From IMG/VR virus record IMGVR_UViG_3300028601_000030, positions 15,601-79,600 of that record: a stretch of DNA of 64,000 nucleotides; one strand, written 5' to 3'. The DNA comes from a virus. Lineage: Duplodnaviria; Caudoviricetes. The stretch's first letter is position 1; every line of letters starts with the position of its first letter. The notes under the pieces were generated by a model. That model worked only from the letters and a program-made list of their open reading frames with translations, searched no databases and was not told the origin of the DNA. Below are positions 45,491-54,056 of this stretch, in pieces. The translations under genes were made by a program, and so were the position numbers.

Positions 45491-46045
45491 TTACTCGGAA
45501 TCTACGTCGCCGCACATACGAGCAAGTATAGCGTCTTCGTCTGAAGAAGCAGAACCAGTTTTTCCTTCAGGAGTCTTTGAATTTGCACCAACCCCCTGCA
45601 CAAGTGAGCCTGATTCAGCAAGTGTTTCTTCCCAATCCTTAACTTCAGCATCAACTTTCGCTGAATACGCATCGGAATCGAACTTGCCCTCGGCAGAAAT
45701 ATAATCTTCTTTGCGTACCTGGGCAGACACCTTACCATGCAAGCGTTCTGGTATTGAACTGTCGGAAAGAGCTTTCGTCAAGATGCTTTCAGCAGAAGCT
45801 TTAATTGCCTTCTCCTCAAAAGCAGTCACCTTGCGGTCAAGCTCTGCATTTTTCGCAGTCAACTCCCCAATCTGTGCTTCCAGCTCTTTGTTTTCCTTTT
45901 CTTTGGCGGCAATTTCGCCGTCTTTTGCTTCAATAGCTTTTTTGCTTTCGCCTGAAGCTTCAACTTTTCCCTGATTAACAAGTTCAGTAACCAGGTCGGG
46001 ACGACCAGCAACAAGCTGGTCTTTCGTCAACGCTTTGAAATCCAT
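45491..46045 (-). CDS. Nested in-frame scaffolding protein (Nu3-like, 184 aa)
   Basis: Internal GGAGG then ATG 46045 (MDFKALTKDQL...); coiled coil. Confidence 0.65.
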   Translation of the reverse strand: MDFKALTKDQLVAGRPDLVTELVNQGKVEASGESKKAIEAKDGEIAAKEKENKELEAQIGELTAKNAELDRKVTAFEEKAIKASAESILTKALSDSSIPERLHGKVSAQVRKEDYISAEGKFDSDAYSAKVDAEVKDWEETLAESGSLVQGVGANSKTPEGKTGSASSDEDAILARMCGDVDSE

Positions 46046-46885
46046 AATGCTTCCTCCGTCTTGGGTTTGGTTTGTTCCGACCAATTCCTGTAAAAGTTCT
46101 TCGTAAGAACCAAGTCTATCTGCCATTCCAGCTTCAACAGCTTCCTTTCCAATCAAGACACCGCCTTGACCAAAATCCTTCTCTACTGTTTTTACACTGA
46201 CCTGACGATTTGTTGCTACACTTTCTATAAAAACTGTTGCCAATTTATCCAATGTAGAAATAAGATCCGCTTTCCCTTCTTTCGTTTCTACGTCCATCCT
46301 TTTCTTAGGACTTGCAGTATTGGTAAATTCCAACGGAGCGTCTTCGTCTTTCTTCGAAATACCGGCTACTACACCAATGCTCCCAAGAGCCGCTGTAGCG
46401 TCAATCACAATTTCATCCGCAGCAGAAACAATCCAATACGCCGCTGATGCTGCCTGGTTCCCGACGTATGCAACCGTCTTAGTTTTGGAGTTCTTTACCA
46501 CATTCGCCATTTCATGAATACCAGAAGCCACCCCTCCTGGAGAATTGGCGTTTATCAGAATTGTGTTTATAGACGGATCTTCGTCTGCGGCTTGAAAATC
46601 TACGGCAAATTTTGAAAGAGCAGTTGCCCCAGACATTTCGGTCATGAGGTTGGCTTTAGGGAAAATCGGACCTTCGAGAGGAACAATCGCTACATCTTCG
46701 CGAACTGTAGCAGTCATCCCATCCTCGTATTTAGCTTCGAGTTTGGTTTTGAGTGCTTCAACATCACCTTCGTATGAGGCGATGGCGATCATTTGTCGGA
46801 GTCCTTCTTCAGTACACAACCAAGGTTGAGTGCAAAGGGCTTCCATTATCCGTGGATGAGAATTGAACTTTTTATTCATTGGCAT
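45491..46885 (-). CDS. Prohead protease S49 (lambda gpC-like) with C-terminal scaffold
   Basis: ANSPGG, AASAAYWIVS, GSIGV, GMAD. Confidence 0.9.
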   Translation of the reverse strand: MPMNKKFNSHPRIMEALCTQPWLCTEEGLRQMIAIASYEGDVEALKTKLEAKYEDGMTATVREDVAIVPLEGPIFPKANLMTEMSGATALSKFAVDFQAADEDPSINTILINANSPGGVASGIHEMANVVKNSKTKTVAYVGNQAASAAYWIVSAADEIVIDATAALGSIGVVAGISKKDEDAPLEFTNTASPKKRMDVETKEGKADLISTLDKLATVFIESVATNRQVSVKTVEKDFGQGGVLIGKEAVEAGMADRLGSYEELLQELVGTNQTQDGGSIMDFKALTKDQLVAGRPDLVTELVNQGKVEASGESKKAIEAKDGEIAAKEKENKELEAQIGELTAKNAELDRKVTAFEEKAIKASAESILTKALSDSSIPERLHGKVSAQVRKEDYISAEGKFDSDAYSAKVDAEVKDWEETLAESGSLVQGVGANSKTPEGKTGSASSDEDAILARMCGDVDSE

Positions 46886-46984
46886 CTCCTTACATATACC
46901 TAATAACAGAAAAAAGTTTAGGTGTAAAGTTTATTTTTCCATTCTTCTATCAAGCGTAGGCTTTTTCTTTGTGGATTGTTTGTC

Positions 46985-48607
46985 TTAAGGAGAAGCATCT
47001 TCATTTCCATCCACAGATTGATTTGAAGGATTTGGTACATTTTGTGGTTCTTGGGAACCGGCTGATTCTTCCGCGGCATCAATTTGTATCTGCAAGGGAG
47101 TTGGTGGATAAGTATCTTCCTCAGTTGAGAACATAAGGCGTTTCTTGGCATAAGAACCAAAACCAAGTTTCGTCGCAATATCCTCTTTAGGAATACCAAG
47201 ACTTTCAGAAACAGACCCATGTTTAACCCCCAGCAATGCCCTTGCTTTCGATTCGATGTCTGAAATTTCTGATACTGGGAACTCAAAATCAACCAATTTA
47301 TAATGCGGCATAGGCACTGTTTTAAAAACTGGCTCTTTATCTTTGAACGAAACAGCCTTGTGTACATTGTATTTTGGCTTCAATCGGCCTACTTTTTCTG
47401 CCAAAGTGAACATTCCACGGCAAAATTCATAGCGCAAGAAGCGGGAAAAATAAGCTTTTTGGTCTTGTATCCTGTCAGATTGAGGTCCACGATTTGTGGT
47501 AATTCCTGCCTTTGTGCCTCCCATTGTAGTTCCGTTTACCATATCTTCTGTTCTATTCAGTCCTGCAGTTACCATGTGCATAATATCTGTGTCTTGATTA
47601 GATATAGAACTTAGATTTGGATTGCGGCACTCTAAATCAATGCCTGGGGGAAGAACAATTGTTCCACCGGGAGTTTTCTTTGAAAACAGACCTGTTTCCG
47701 CTTTTTCTTCTTTGGTGAGTTTCAACCAGGTACGATATGCTTTGGAATCATTGATTTTTGCTACCCACAAGTAAGAACCGCTTGATTTCTTGTGGTCAAT
47801 CTCCCATCTCTTCAAGTCTTCGTAGTGATTGAGCCATACAAGTGTTGTTTTTACATGGGATACATTACGAGTAGTCAAAAACCCTCTGTCCCATGCAATC
47901 ACGAATGTACACAACCCTTTGAGCGGAGCATACTTACGGGAAGTTGATTTATTGTAAAATCCCTTCTTACTCTGCTTCTTCAGCATCTTTTCTGCTTCAG
48001 GAATCATTTCTGGGAAGTACGCCAGATTGATTGAAGGTAGATACATTTCAGCGCCTTCTGTCGGCTCAAAGCGATAGAACAGTGGGAAAGCTGATTTATT
48101 GGGATGGAAGAAAATACCAGAGTTATCTTTGCTTCCACCAGTAATAAGTGACGGATCAATAAAATCAATCTCCACAAAACCGTCTGGATGTACAGTCAAA
48201 GACAAGAACAGTTCGCCTTCAATCTCAGAACGAGCTACAAATTGCCCCATACGCACATAAAGAGCGTTTCTTGGATCGTCCCAAATCTCATCGAAATACT
48301 CACTGATGTCGTGTATCGGGGATTCAACAGCAAATCCATTGCCTGTCAAATTACCCATAAAATCGCGGACATGTGAGTTTATTTGCGGATTAGAAACGAA
48401 TTTATTCCAACATTCCTGTTGAAGCTTGCTGTAATTGCGTATTTCCTGGGACAGTTCACCAGAACCACCAATAACGAATCCATCTTCATCTACTGTTTGT
48501 TCTTGTCCACTCATCCAATTGATAGATGTCTGAGCAACCATGTGCAACTGTTCTTCCGTCAACTCATCTACCATCTGCTCCATGTTATTTGGATCGTTTG
48601 CCATCAA
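46985..48607 (-). CDS. Portal protein
   Basis: 540 aa between TerL and the protease; ARSEIEGELFL, VEIDFIDP. Confidence 0.8.
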   Translation of the reverse strand: MMANDPNNMEQMVDELTEEQLHMVAQTSINWMSGQEQTVDEDGFVIGGSGELSQEIRNYSKLQQECWNKFVSNPQINSHVRDFMGNLTGNGFAVESPIHDISEYFDEIWDDPRNALYVRMGQFVARSEIEGELFLSLTVHPDGFVEIDFIDPSLITGGSKDNSGIFFHPNKSAFPLFYRFEPTEGAEMYLPSINLAYFPEMIPEAEKMLKKQSKKGFYNKSTSRKYAPLKGLCTFVIAWDRGFLTTRNVSHVKTTLVWLNHYEDLKRWEIDHKKSSGSYLWVAKINDSKAYRTWLKLTKEEKAETGLFSKKTPGGTIVLPPGIDLECRNPNLSSISNQDTDIMHMVTAGLNRTEDMVNGTTMGGTKAGITTNRGPQSDRIQDQKAYFSRFLRYEFCRGMFTLAEKVGRLKPKYNVHKAVSFKDKEPVFKTVPMPHYKLVDFEFPVSEISDIESKARALLGVKHGSVSESLGIPKEDIATKLGFGSYAKKRLMFSTEEDTYPPTPLQIQIDAAEESAGSQEPQNVPNPSNQSVDGNEDASP

Positions 48608-50469
48608 TAATCTCCTATCGTCTTCTCACGGAACATTTCGCCGAAAATCATGGAACTTGAACGTTCACGAAAATCGTCAATGGCCAATTCACGTCCACCG
48701 TAAATAGCCCACGCCAACGAGAACACAGAATCGTCCTGCACCCCATATTTTTCATTCTTCTCTGGTGAACCATACCACTTTTTAACAGGATTATGGTCAA
48801 ATAGCAAGGTTTCTTCTTCGAGAAGATTGCTACTTTTTGCTCCAGGTATGCGGACTTCAGGAGTTTTGAACAATCCTTGTTGATACAAAGTATATAGCTC
48901 AGAAAAAGCGGCTTTCTGTCTATCATAAGAAGGTTGAATAGCCTCAAAGCGCATTTCTTTTTCCTCGCACCAAGAACCGAAGTCCCACATACCCCAACGC
49001 TCAGAACAGAAGGACTCCAATCCATCAAACTCGTCATGAAGTTTCTGGATATGGTGTTGTATTTCATTCAAGGTGCTGGATTCAATGTGAACTATATCAA
49101 TCAGGAAGTAAATATATTTCTTAACAGCAGAATCTTCCATATAAATTTCTGGATTGTTTTTGCTGTTAGGCAAACCCTTAGCAACCGCTGTGAGTATGGT
49201 TCTTGCTCCCTTGGTCAAATCCTGCTTCATTGGGTCAGCACGGTCAAGTCCTACGCAAATAGCAAAGTCTGTATTGTACATCTGTCCGAGCTTTTGTAGC
49301 TCGTCAAACGTACAGTGACGAGTATGCCCACTTTCAGTTGATAGTTGATATACACTTGAAAGTGGGTTAAGCGGAGACTTGATCTTCTCAACGTCGTTTT
49401 TCATGCCATTTATGCGCGAATAACCTAAATCTTCATCCATGCGCTCAATGGAATCTTCAAGCTTACCAACCTTCTGCAAAATGTTCACGACTTCAGAGTG
49501 CACACCGAGTGTGCCATGAACACCGATGTAGTGAGAGGCTTTCACCACCTCTTTTTTGAAGAACTTGCTACCAGCAACCTCCCAGATGTTTTTGAAATAC
49601 CGGTCAAATTCTGCTTGTGGGAATTTCTCACGATAAGAATCCAACTGCTCCTGGCTGTTATAAGGATGCCACATGTCTTTGTGGCTTCCTTCTGGGGAAC
49701 AGCGATAATGGAAAAACAAGTTGGGGTCTTTGTTCCTCGTGTAAGACTGGTAGAGCTTATACAGCACGTGGGATTTTTCTGATACGGTGGAGTCAATAAC
49801 ACCAAGGGCGTTGGGAATGTTACGAGTAGAACCGTCAAGCTGAACAAAGAACTTGGGGTTCTTCATGTCGAACATCTCCGAGAAAGTGTATCCGGTGATA
49901 TTCGACACGATACCAGAAAAAGATGAAATGGAGCGGATGAGAGAAACGGTCACACCTACCTTGTTCTGCAAACGAATCTCTTTCTCCTGGACATTCCGTT
50001 TGCCAACGATCCTCAGAAGGTTTGGTGAATTGAGAATGGTGTCACGCATGATGTCAAAGTGGACAAACTTGACCTGGTCTTTGCTATTTGCACCAAGCAT
50101 GATCTGTTGGCGTGGAAAATTGAAAAACTTCCACAATTGAATAAGGCAAGCAATCGCTGATTTGCCTTCACCACGAGGCCAACAAAAAACGATCAGTCTG
50201 TGTTTCAGCCGACCGTCTTTCATTTCCAATGCACGTTTCAAAACCTCACGCTGCTCACACCACATGTCCCAGAATGAACGACCTGTGATTTTTACTGGTT
50301 CACGGGACAGTTCACCGATAAGAACCCATGAGGGAATTGGTGAATCATTTTTGTACACGGGAATACGGACATTCTCCTCACACCAAGCACAAAAACCTTC
50401 ACCGCCGTCACGATAGCGTTCTATCTTGGTTCGTTTCGGTTTCTCTGCATCAGTCCTACGTTCCAACAT
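48604..50469 (-). CDS. terL: Terminase large subunit
   Basis: Walker A PRGEGKS, ANSKDQ, nuclease VGLDRA, terminal DDSVFSLAWA. Confidence 0.85.
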   Translation of the reverse strand: MLERRTDAEKPKRTKIERYRDGGEGFCAWCEENVRIPVYKNDSPIPSWVLIGELSREPVKITGRSFWDMWCEQREVLKRALEMKDGRLKHRLIVFCWPRGEGKSAIACLIQLWKFFNFPRQQIMLGANSKDQVKFVHFDIMRDTILNSPNLLRIVGKRNVQEKEIRLQNKVGVTVSLIRSISSFSGIVSNITGYTFSEMFDMKNPKFFVQLDGSTRNIPNALGVIDSTVSEKSHVLYKLYQSYTRNKDPNLFFHYRCSPEGSHKDMWHPYNSQEQLDSYREKFPQAEFDRYFKNIWEVAGSKFFKKEVVKASHYIGVHGTLGVHSEVVNILQKVGKLEDSIERMDEDLGYSRINGMKNDVEKIKSPLNPLSSVYQLSTESGHTRHCTFDELQKLGQMYNTDFAICVGLDRADPMKQDLTKGARTILTAVAKGLPNSKNNPEIYMEDSAVKKYIYFLIDIVHIESSTLNEIQHHIQKLHDEFDGLESFCSERWGMWDFGSWCEEKEMRFEAIQPSYDRQKAAFSELYTLYQQGLFKTPEVRIPGAKSSNLLEEETLLFDHNPVKKWYGSPEKNEKYGVQDDSVFSLAWAIYGGRELAIDDFRERSSSMIFGEMFREKTIGDY

Positions 50470-50471
50470 GC

Positions 50472-50984
50472 CTAGTTCTCCAACATTTCTTCATAATAAC
50501 CCAACTCACCTTTTTCTGGGTTGTGCGAAGGAGGAATGCCCCTACCCAGGTGATTGCCACCAACACCAATGTCCCTCAAGCAAGCTGAAATTTCCCGTAT
50601 GATCAAACGAATCTCTTTGAACACAGGGTGAGGTGCGAGACTGCCACGGTTCACCACCATCTTCGGAGCATCCAAAGCCACAATTTTCATCTCAATCAAC
50701 TGCGAATACAATGGTATAAGGTGCATACCAATCTTCAACATCTGCTCTTCTGAAACGGAATCAAACGATTTCAAAACGGTGTCAACCACATGTTTCTGGT
50801 AATTCTGCCGCAAAGTGCATTTCCCAGATTTATTATATGGGCAGTTATCAGCAATAGGACATTCTTCAGGATCGCAATTAGGTACAGCGTCCCAGGTAAC
50901 AAGATTCACATCGGAATCCTTCGCTTTCCCTTTGTGAATATTTATTCCCCCAATGCGTTCCTTACCGCGGGTTGTTAAATCCAT
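50472..50984 (-). CDS. terS: Terminase small subunit (by position)
   Basis: Directly upstream of terL; helical APHPVFKEIR segment. Confidence 0.6.
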   Translation of the reverse strand: MDLTTRGKERIGGINIHKGKAKDSDVNLVTWDAVPNCDPEECPIADNCPYNKSGKCTLRQNYQKHVVDTVLKSFDSVSEEQMLKIGMHLIPLYSQLIEMKIVALDAPKMVVNRGSLAPHPVFKEIRLIIREISACLRDIGVGGNHLGRGIPPSHNPEKGELGYYEEMLEN

Positions 50985-51089
50985 AACAATAATTCTCCTT
51001 TCAAGAACAAATAATGCTGTGGAGGAGGAGGATTGTCAAGGCTTTCAGCTGGTTTTCCCCAAAATAAGGGACTCGTGCGCGATTCTAAA

Positions 51090-51260
51090 GGGGGGAGGGG
51101 GGGGGGGTCTTTTCTGGTTGTATATTATTGGTATGGGTATTGATACTGGTACAGGTATGATGTGCGCGGGGAATGATTACTATTACTGGTACAGGTAAAA
51201 GACTCCCTGGTGCTGTTACTGGTACTGGTATTGGTGCTGTTACTGTTACTGGTACTACGA
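51090..51260. repeat. G6-A-G11 tract followed by iterated TACTGG(TA) motifs upstream of terS
   Basis: Poly-G 51090-51107; TACTGGTACAGGTA at 51144 and 51184; further TACTGGT copies at 51217-51256. Confidence 0.8.
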
Positions 51261-51372
51261 AAACATATGATAGTGGTATATGAATAAGAGAGGTGTTTTT
51301 CCTACGAAAAATATTGTGGTCGGGAACTAAAATCATGAGTAAGAGCTAACACTCACTAAAAAAGTCGAGTGC

Positions 51373-51401
51373 TTGACAAACTAATTCAGATGCGATATAC
51401 A
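51373..51401 (+). promoter_or_regulatory. Strong sigma70-type early promoter
   Basis: TTGACA-N17-TATACA. Confidence 0.85.
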
Positions 51402-51491
51402 GATATACAGCGCTTGTTTGTTGCGAATCACTGCGCAGCGCAGCAGACAAGCGAATCACTTAATCACTTGCGCAGTAGAGAGATTAGAGTC

Positions 51492-51995
51492 ATGAAAAAC
51501 TTATTTACAGACGAAAAATTAAACGAAGCAAAGATAGCATCTAAACAGCGCACTGCAAAAGCGAATGAGTTGAGTAATAAAACTGCGTTTAATTCGCTGA
51601 TCTACTCTAAACAGAAACAGAGCGTTAGCGAAACGGCGGTGCTTGACTTTGCGCTGATTATTGCAAGCGCGAATGCAACACAATTTCATCAATCACAGAT
51701 TCACGAACTTCTTAAGCTAGTTGATTGCAAGCGTAAGACTGTCGCGAAACATGTGCGCGATAAACAAAGCGTCTTCGCTGATTTGCTAAGCGTCGATGAA
51801 AAGAACATTTTTACTGTAGAGAATCAACAAGTGTTCTGTGACATTATGAACATGAGCGAATTTCAGCAGCAGTTGAACAAATACGCTGAAAAGCTCTACA
51901 CAGCATTCTATGACACAGAACACATGCAAGCTGTGCATGAAGAAGCTTTGAAAATGAATAAGAAAACAGCGCAGAAAAAAGCAGCTAACAGCTAA
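51492..51995 (+). CDS. Early protein of unknown function lacking Gly/Pro/Trp (167 aa)
   Basis: ATG 51492 after the promoter and a GAGA-type RBS. The track start at 51369 lies inside the promoter. Confidence 0.85.
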   Translation: MKNLFTDEKLNEAKIASKQRTAKANELSNKTAFNSLIYSKQKQSVSETAVLDFALIIASANATQFHQSQIHELLKLVDCKRKTVAKHVRDKQSVFADLLSVDEKNIFTVENQQVFCDIMNMSEFQQQLNKYAEKLYTAFYDTEHMQAVHEEALKMNKKTAQKKAANS

Positions 51996-52000
51996 GACGC

Positions 52001-52042
52001 ATAGCGCTCTACACTATAGCAGACGTGTAGAGCGCTATTTTT
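52001..52042 (+). terminator. Rho-independent terminator
   Basis: 14-bp perfect stem ATAGCGCTCTACAC/GTGTAGAGCGCTAT plus T-run. Confidence 0.8.
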
Positions 52043-52076
52043 AACATTAACAGTCTGCTAGAAAAGAGTATATAAC

Positions 52077-52259
52077 ATGACTTTACAAGTTAACGATGAA
52101 ACAAACTACAGTGCTGTACAATCGTTCTGCAAAGAGAACGAGAATCTTTTAATGTATAATGAAGATTTAGCTGAACTCTATGAAATATTCATAGACGACT
52201 ATCAAAATATTAGTTTTGAAGAATTTAAGTTTTTCATGCTGAACAAATATCTTAAATGA
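52077..52259 (+). CDS. Small acidic early protein lacking Gly/Pro/Trp (60 aa)
   Basis: AAGAG RBS; clean ORF. Confidence 0.75.
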   Translation: MTLQVNDETNYSAVQSFCKENENLLMYNEDLAELYEIFIDDYQNISFEEFKFFMLNKYLK

Positions 52260-52273
52260 CGATTTAAGCGACT

Positions 52274-52314
52274 TTTACAGCGTAGAACGATACTTTATGC
52301 GTCTACGCTGTAAA
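52274..52314. other. 13-bp perfect hairpin
   Basis: TTTACAGCGTAGA/TCTACGCTGTAAA. Confidence 0.8.
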
Positions 52315-52334
52315 GTCTCAACACAGAGCAAAGT

Positions 52335-52385
52335 AGAGCGCTAGAATTTGATTCTATGAATTGAGTTCTAGCGCTCTTTTTTTTT
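52335..52385 (+). terminator. Rho-independent terminator closing the island
   Basis: AGAGCGCTAGAA/TTCTAGCGCTCT stem followed by a long T-run. Confidence 0.85.
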
Positions 52386-52397
52386 GTTTTATGCAAG

Positions 52398-52533
52398 ATG
52401 CCTGGTTTGCGCCTGGTTGATGGATCGGACGGACGGAATGCCTGGTTTGTGCCTGGTTGATTGATCGGACGGACAGATGCCTGGTTTGTCCCTGGGTTTG
52501 CAGATGGTCGGAAGCTCCCAGGTTTGTGCCTGG
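52398..52533. repeat. About 40-bp tandem repeat array with eight CCWGG sites
   Basis: ATGCCTGGTTTGYGCCTGGTTGATKGATCGGACGGAC x2 plus degenerate copies; CCWGG at 52401, 52412, 52441, 52452, 52480, 52491, 52518 and 52529. Confidence 0.9.
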
Positions 52534-52537
52534 GTGA

Positions 52538-52699
52538 GACCAGATTAAACACTTGGTAGCCAACTCCTTCCCTATTCCTTTCCTTGACCAGATTACATAG
52601 TTGGTAGCCAACTCCTTCCCTATTCCTCGGAATAAGCCTAGATGAGACCATACAGTTGGTAGCTCCTAGGGCAGACGAGATTACACAGTTGGTAGCAAA
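52538..52699. repeat. Iterated GAC..GATTA....TTGGTAGC motif
   Basis: Four copies here, including a perfect 27-bp repeat at 52553 and 52601; a fifth copy at 53351-53378. Confidence 0.85.
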
Positions 52700-52824
52700 G
52701 TTTTTGTTGGTTTATATTATGGTATCTCAAGAGGGTCTGATATACTGTAGTCAAGTTAAAGATGAGCAGCAAAAGGTGTTTGTTGCTCGTTGGTTGTCTC
52801 AAACTCACAGGAGGTTAGGTTATT

Positions 52825-53028
52825 ATGAAAAAGGTTCAGATTCAGAAGTGCGGCACGAAATCTCGTATCTTGGTTGTTAACGGCAAGCAGGTAGGTGGCT
52901 TTTTCAACCTAGGCAACCCAAGCCATTACGACCTGCGTATTCAGGTCGGCACTCAGGTAGTTGGCTTTGTTGCTCCGAAGGTCGGCACAAAGTTTCGTCC
53001 ATACATTCTCAAATATAGGGTGGTGTAA
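52825..53028 (+). CDS. Hypothetical basic protein (67 aa)
   Basis: GGAGG upstream; extended -10 TGATATACT near 52738. Confidence 0.6.
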   Translation: MKKVQIQKCGTKSRILVVNGKQVGGFFNLGNPSHYDLRIQVGTQVVGFVAPKVGTKFRPYILKYRVV

Positions 53029-53030
53029 TT

Positions 53031-53114
53031 ATGTTGGTTGATATTCTAATAATGGTTGGTTGGGGATTTGTTTCCATCGGTCTGTGTTACTTGTTTAGGC
53101 CGAAGGATTACTAA
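53031..53114 (+). CDS. Putative 27-aa single-TM micropeptide
   Basis: MLVDILIMVGWGFVSIGLCYLFRPKDY; ATG 2 nt after the previous stop. Confidence 0.4.
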   Translation: MLVDILIMVGWGFVSIGLCYLFRPKDY

Positions 53115-54056
53115 ATAGGCAAAAGGCAGTCTAGGCCCTTCCGATGGTTGGAGCACAGCTTCATGCAGGAAGGTTGACTGTAACAAGAGGTTTCGGAGTT
53201 GATCGCCCGGAACCTCTTTTCTTGGTTCGGGGTTTCCTTTCCTTCTCCTGGTTTGTTCTCGGTTCATTCCACTGCAAGACACCAGGTTTGCTCCTGGTTC
53301 TTTCTTGTTCAGTGTACCTGGTAAACCTATCCTATTCCTATCCACAACCACAGACGAGATTACCTAGTTGGTAGCAAAATCGTGTCCATCCTTTGTTTTA
53401 GGTTAAGATTCGGGGGTTCTGTCTACGCTGAATCGGGACCAATCGTAACCTATGGTTATGGTTAAACGCAGTAGGAATCACAGTTCGCTCGTGAATGGTA
53501 AGTTGGACGGGATTTGGTGCCGTTCCACTCCTATGTGGTATGCGTTTTGTCGGATTTCGTGTATCGGGTTGGTATTAATCCCCTCCTTTTCTGTCCACTT
53601 TCTATTAGGTTCTATTCCTCGGCTTCTATTCTCTTACTTACTCTCTCGGAAAGTTCCTTACTACACGGAGAGTCCACTACACGGAGAGTTCTACTACTAC
53701 CTCGGATTGTTACTTCTATGGTTGGTCGGTTTCTTTCTACTATGGAAGTTTGTTTCTACAATGGTTGGTTGGTTGGTTGGTTTCTTTCTACAATGGATTT
53801 TTCTTGGCAATTCTCTGATTCTTCGGTGGTTTTTGATTTCTTGGTTTTTATTTCTTGGTTCTCCGAGTTCGGTCCATTTTCTCAATTTCGTGGTTGGTTA
53901 GTTTTTTTTTGGGAATTTCTTATTTATGGCTTTATTTTATTTTGTGGTTTTTTCTGCGGTTTATATACGGATGTGCTATACTCATAATATGTCGATACTT
54001 TATCTTGCGTGTACTTCTGCGCTTTCAGCTTTTATCTTAACAAGGGAGGTTCTATC

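Larger units (their letters stand above)
51325..52400. other. GG/CC-depleted island (1076 bp; 0 CC and 2 GG on the + strand)
   Basis: Line-by-line reading: last GG before is at 51322-51324, the only internal GGs are at 51635-6 and 51638-9, and the first CC after is at 52401. Confidence 0.95.

Noticed and set aside
51085-51336. Minus-strand 83-aa Pro/Val/Thr-rich ORF
   Set aside because: By-product of the TACTGG repeats; no clear RBS.
51369-51491. Track start giving a 208-aa protein
   Set aside because: The GTG sits on the -35 box, upstream of the predicted transcription start; ATG 51492 is preferred.
51325-52400. GG/CC absence as a homopolymer-collapse sequencing artefact
   Set aside because: AA/TT runs are intact, both ORFs, the promoter spacing and the hairpin stems are preserved, and the flanks contain many GG/CC. 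Raw reads would still be the decisive check.
52398-52699. Repeat cluster as a mini CRISPR array
   Set aside because: Repeats are tandem or irregularly spaced, with no constant-length unique spacers.
53046-54040. Overlapping hydrophobic ORFs (53452-53901, 53514-53987 and others)
   Set aside because: Phe/Leu/Trp richness follows from the T/G skew; several frames are open and none has a convincing RBS.
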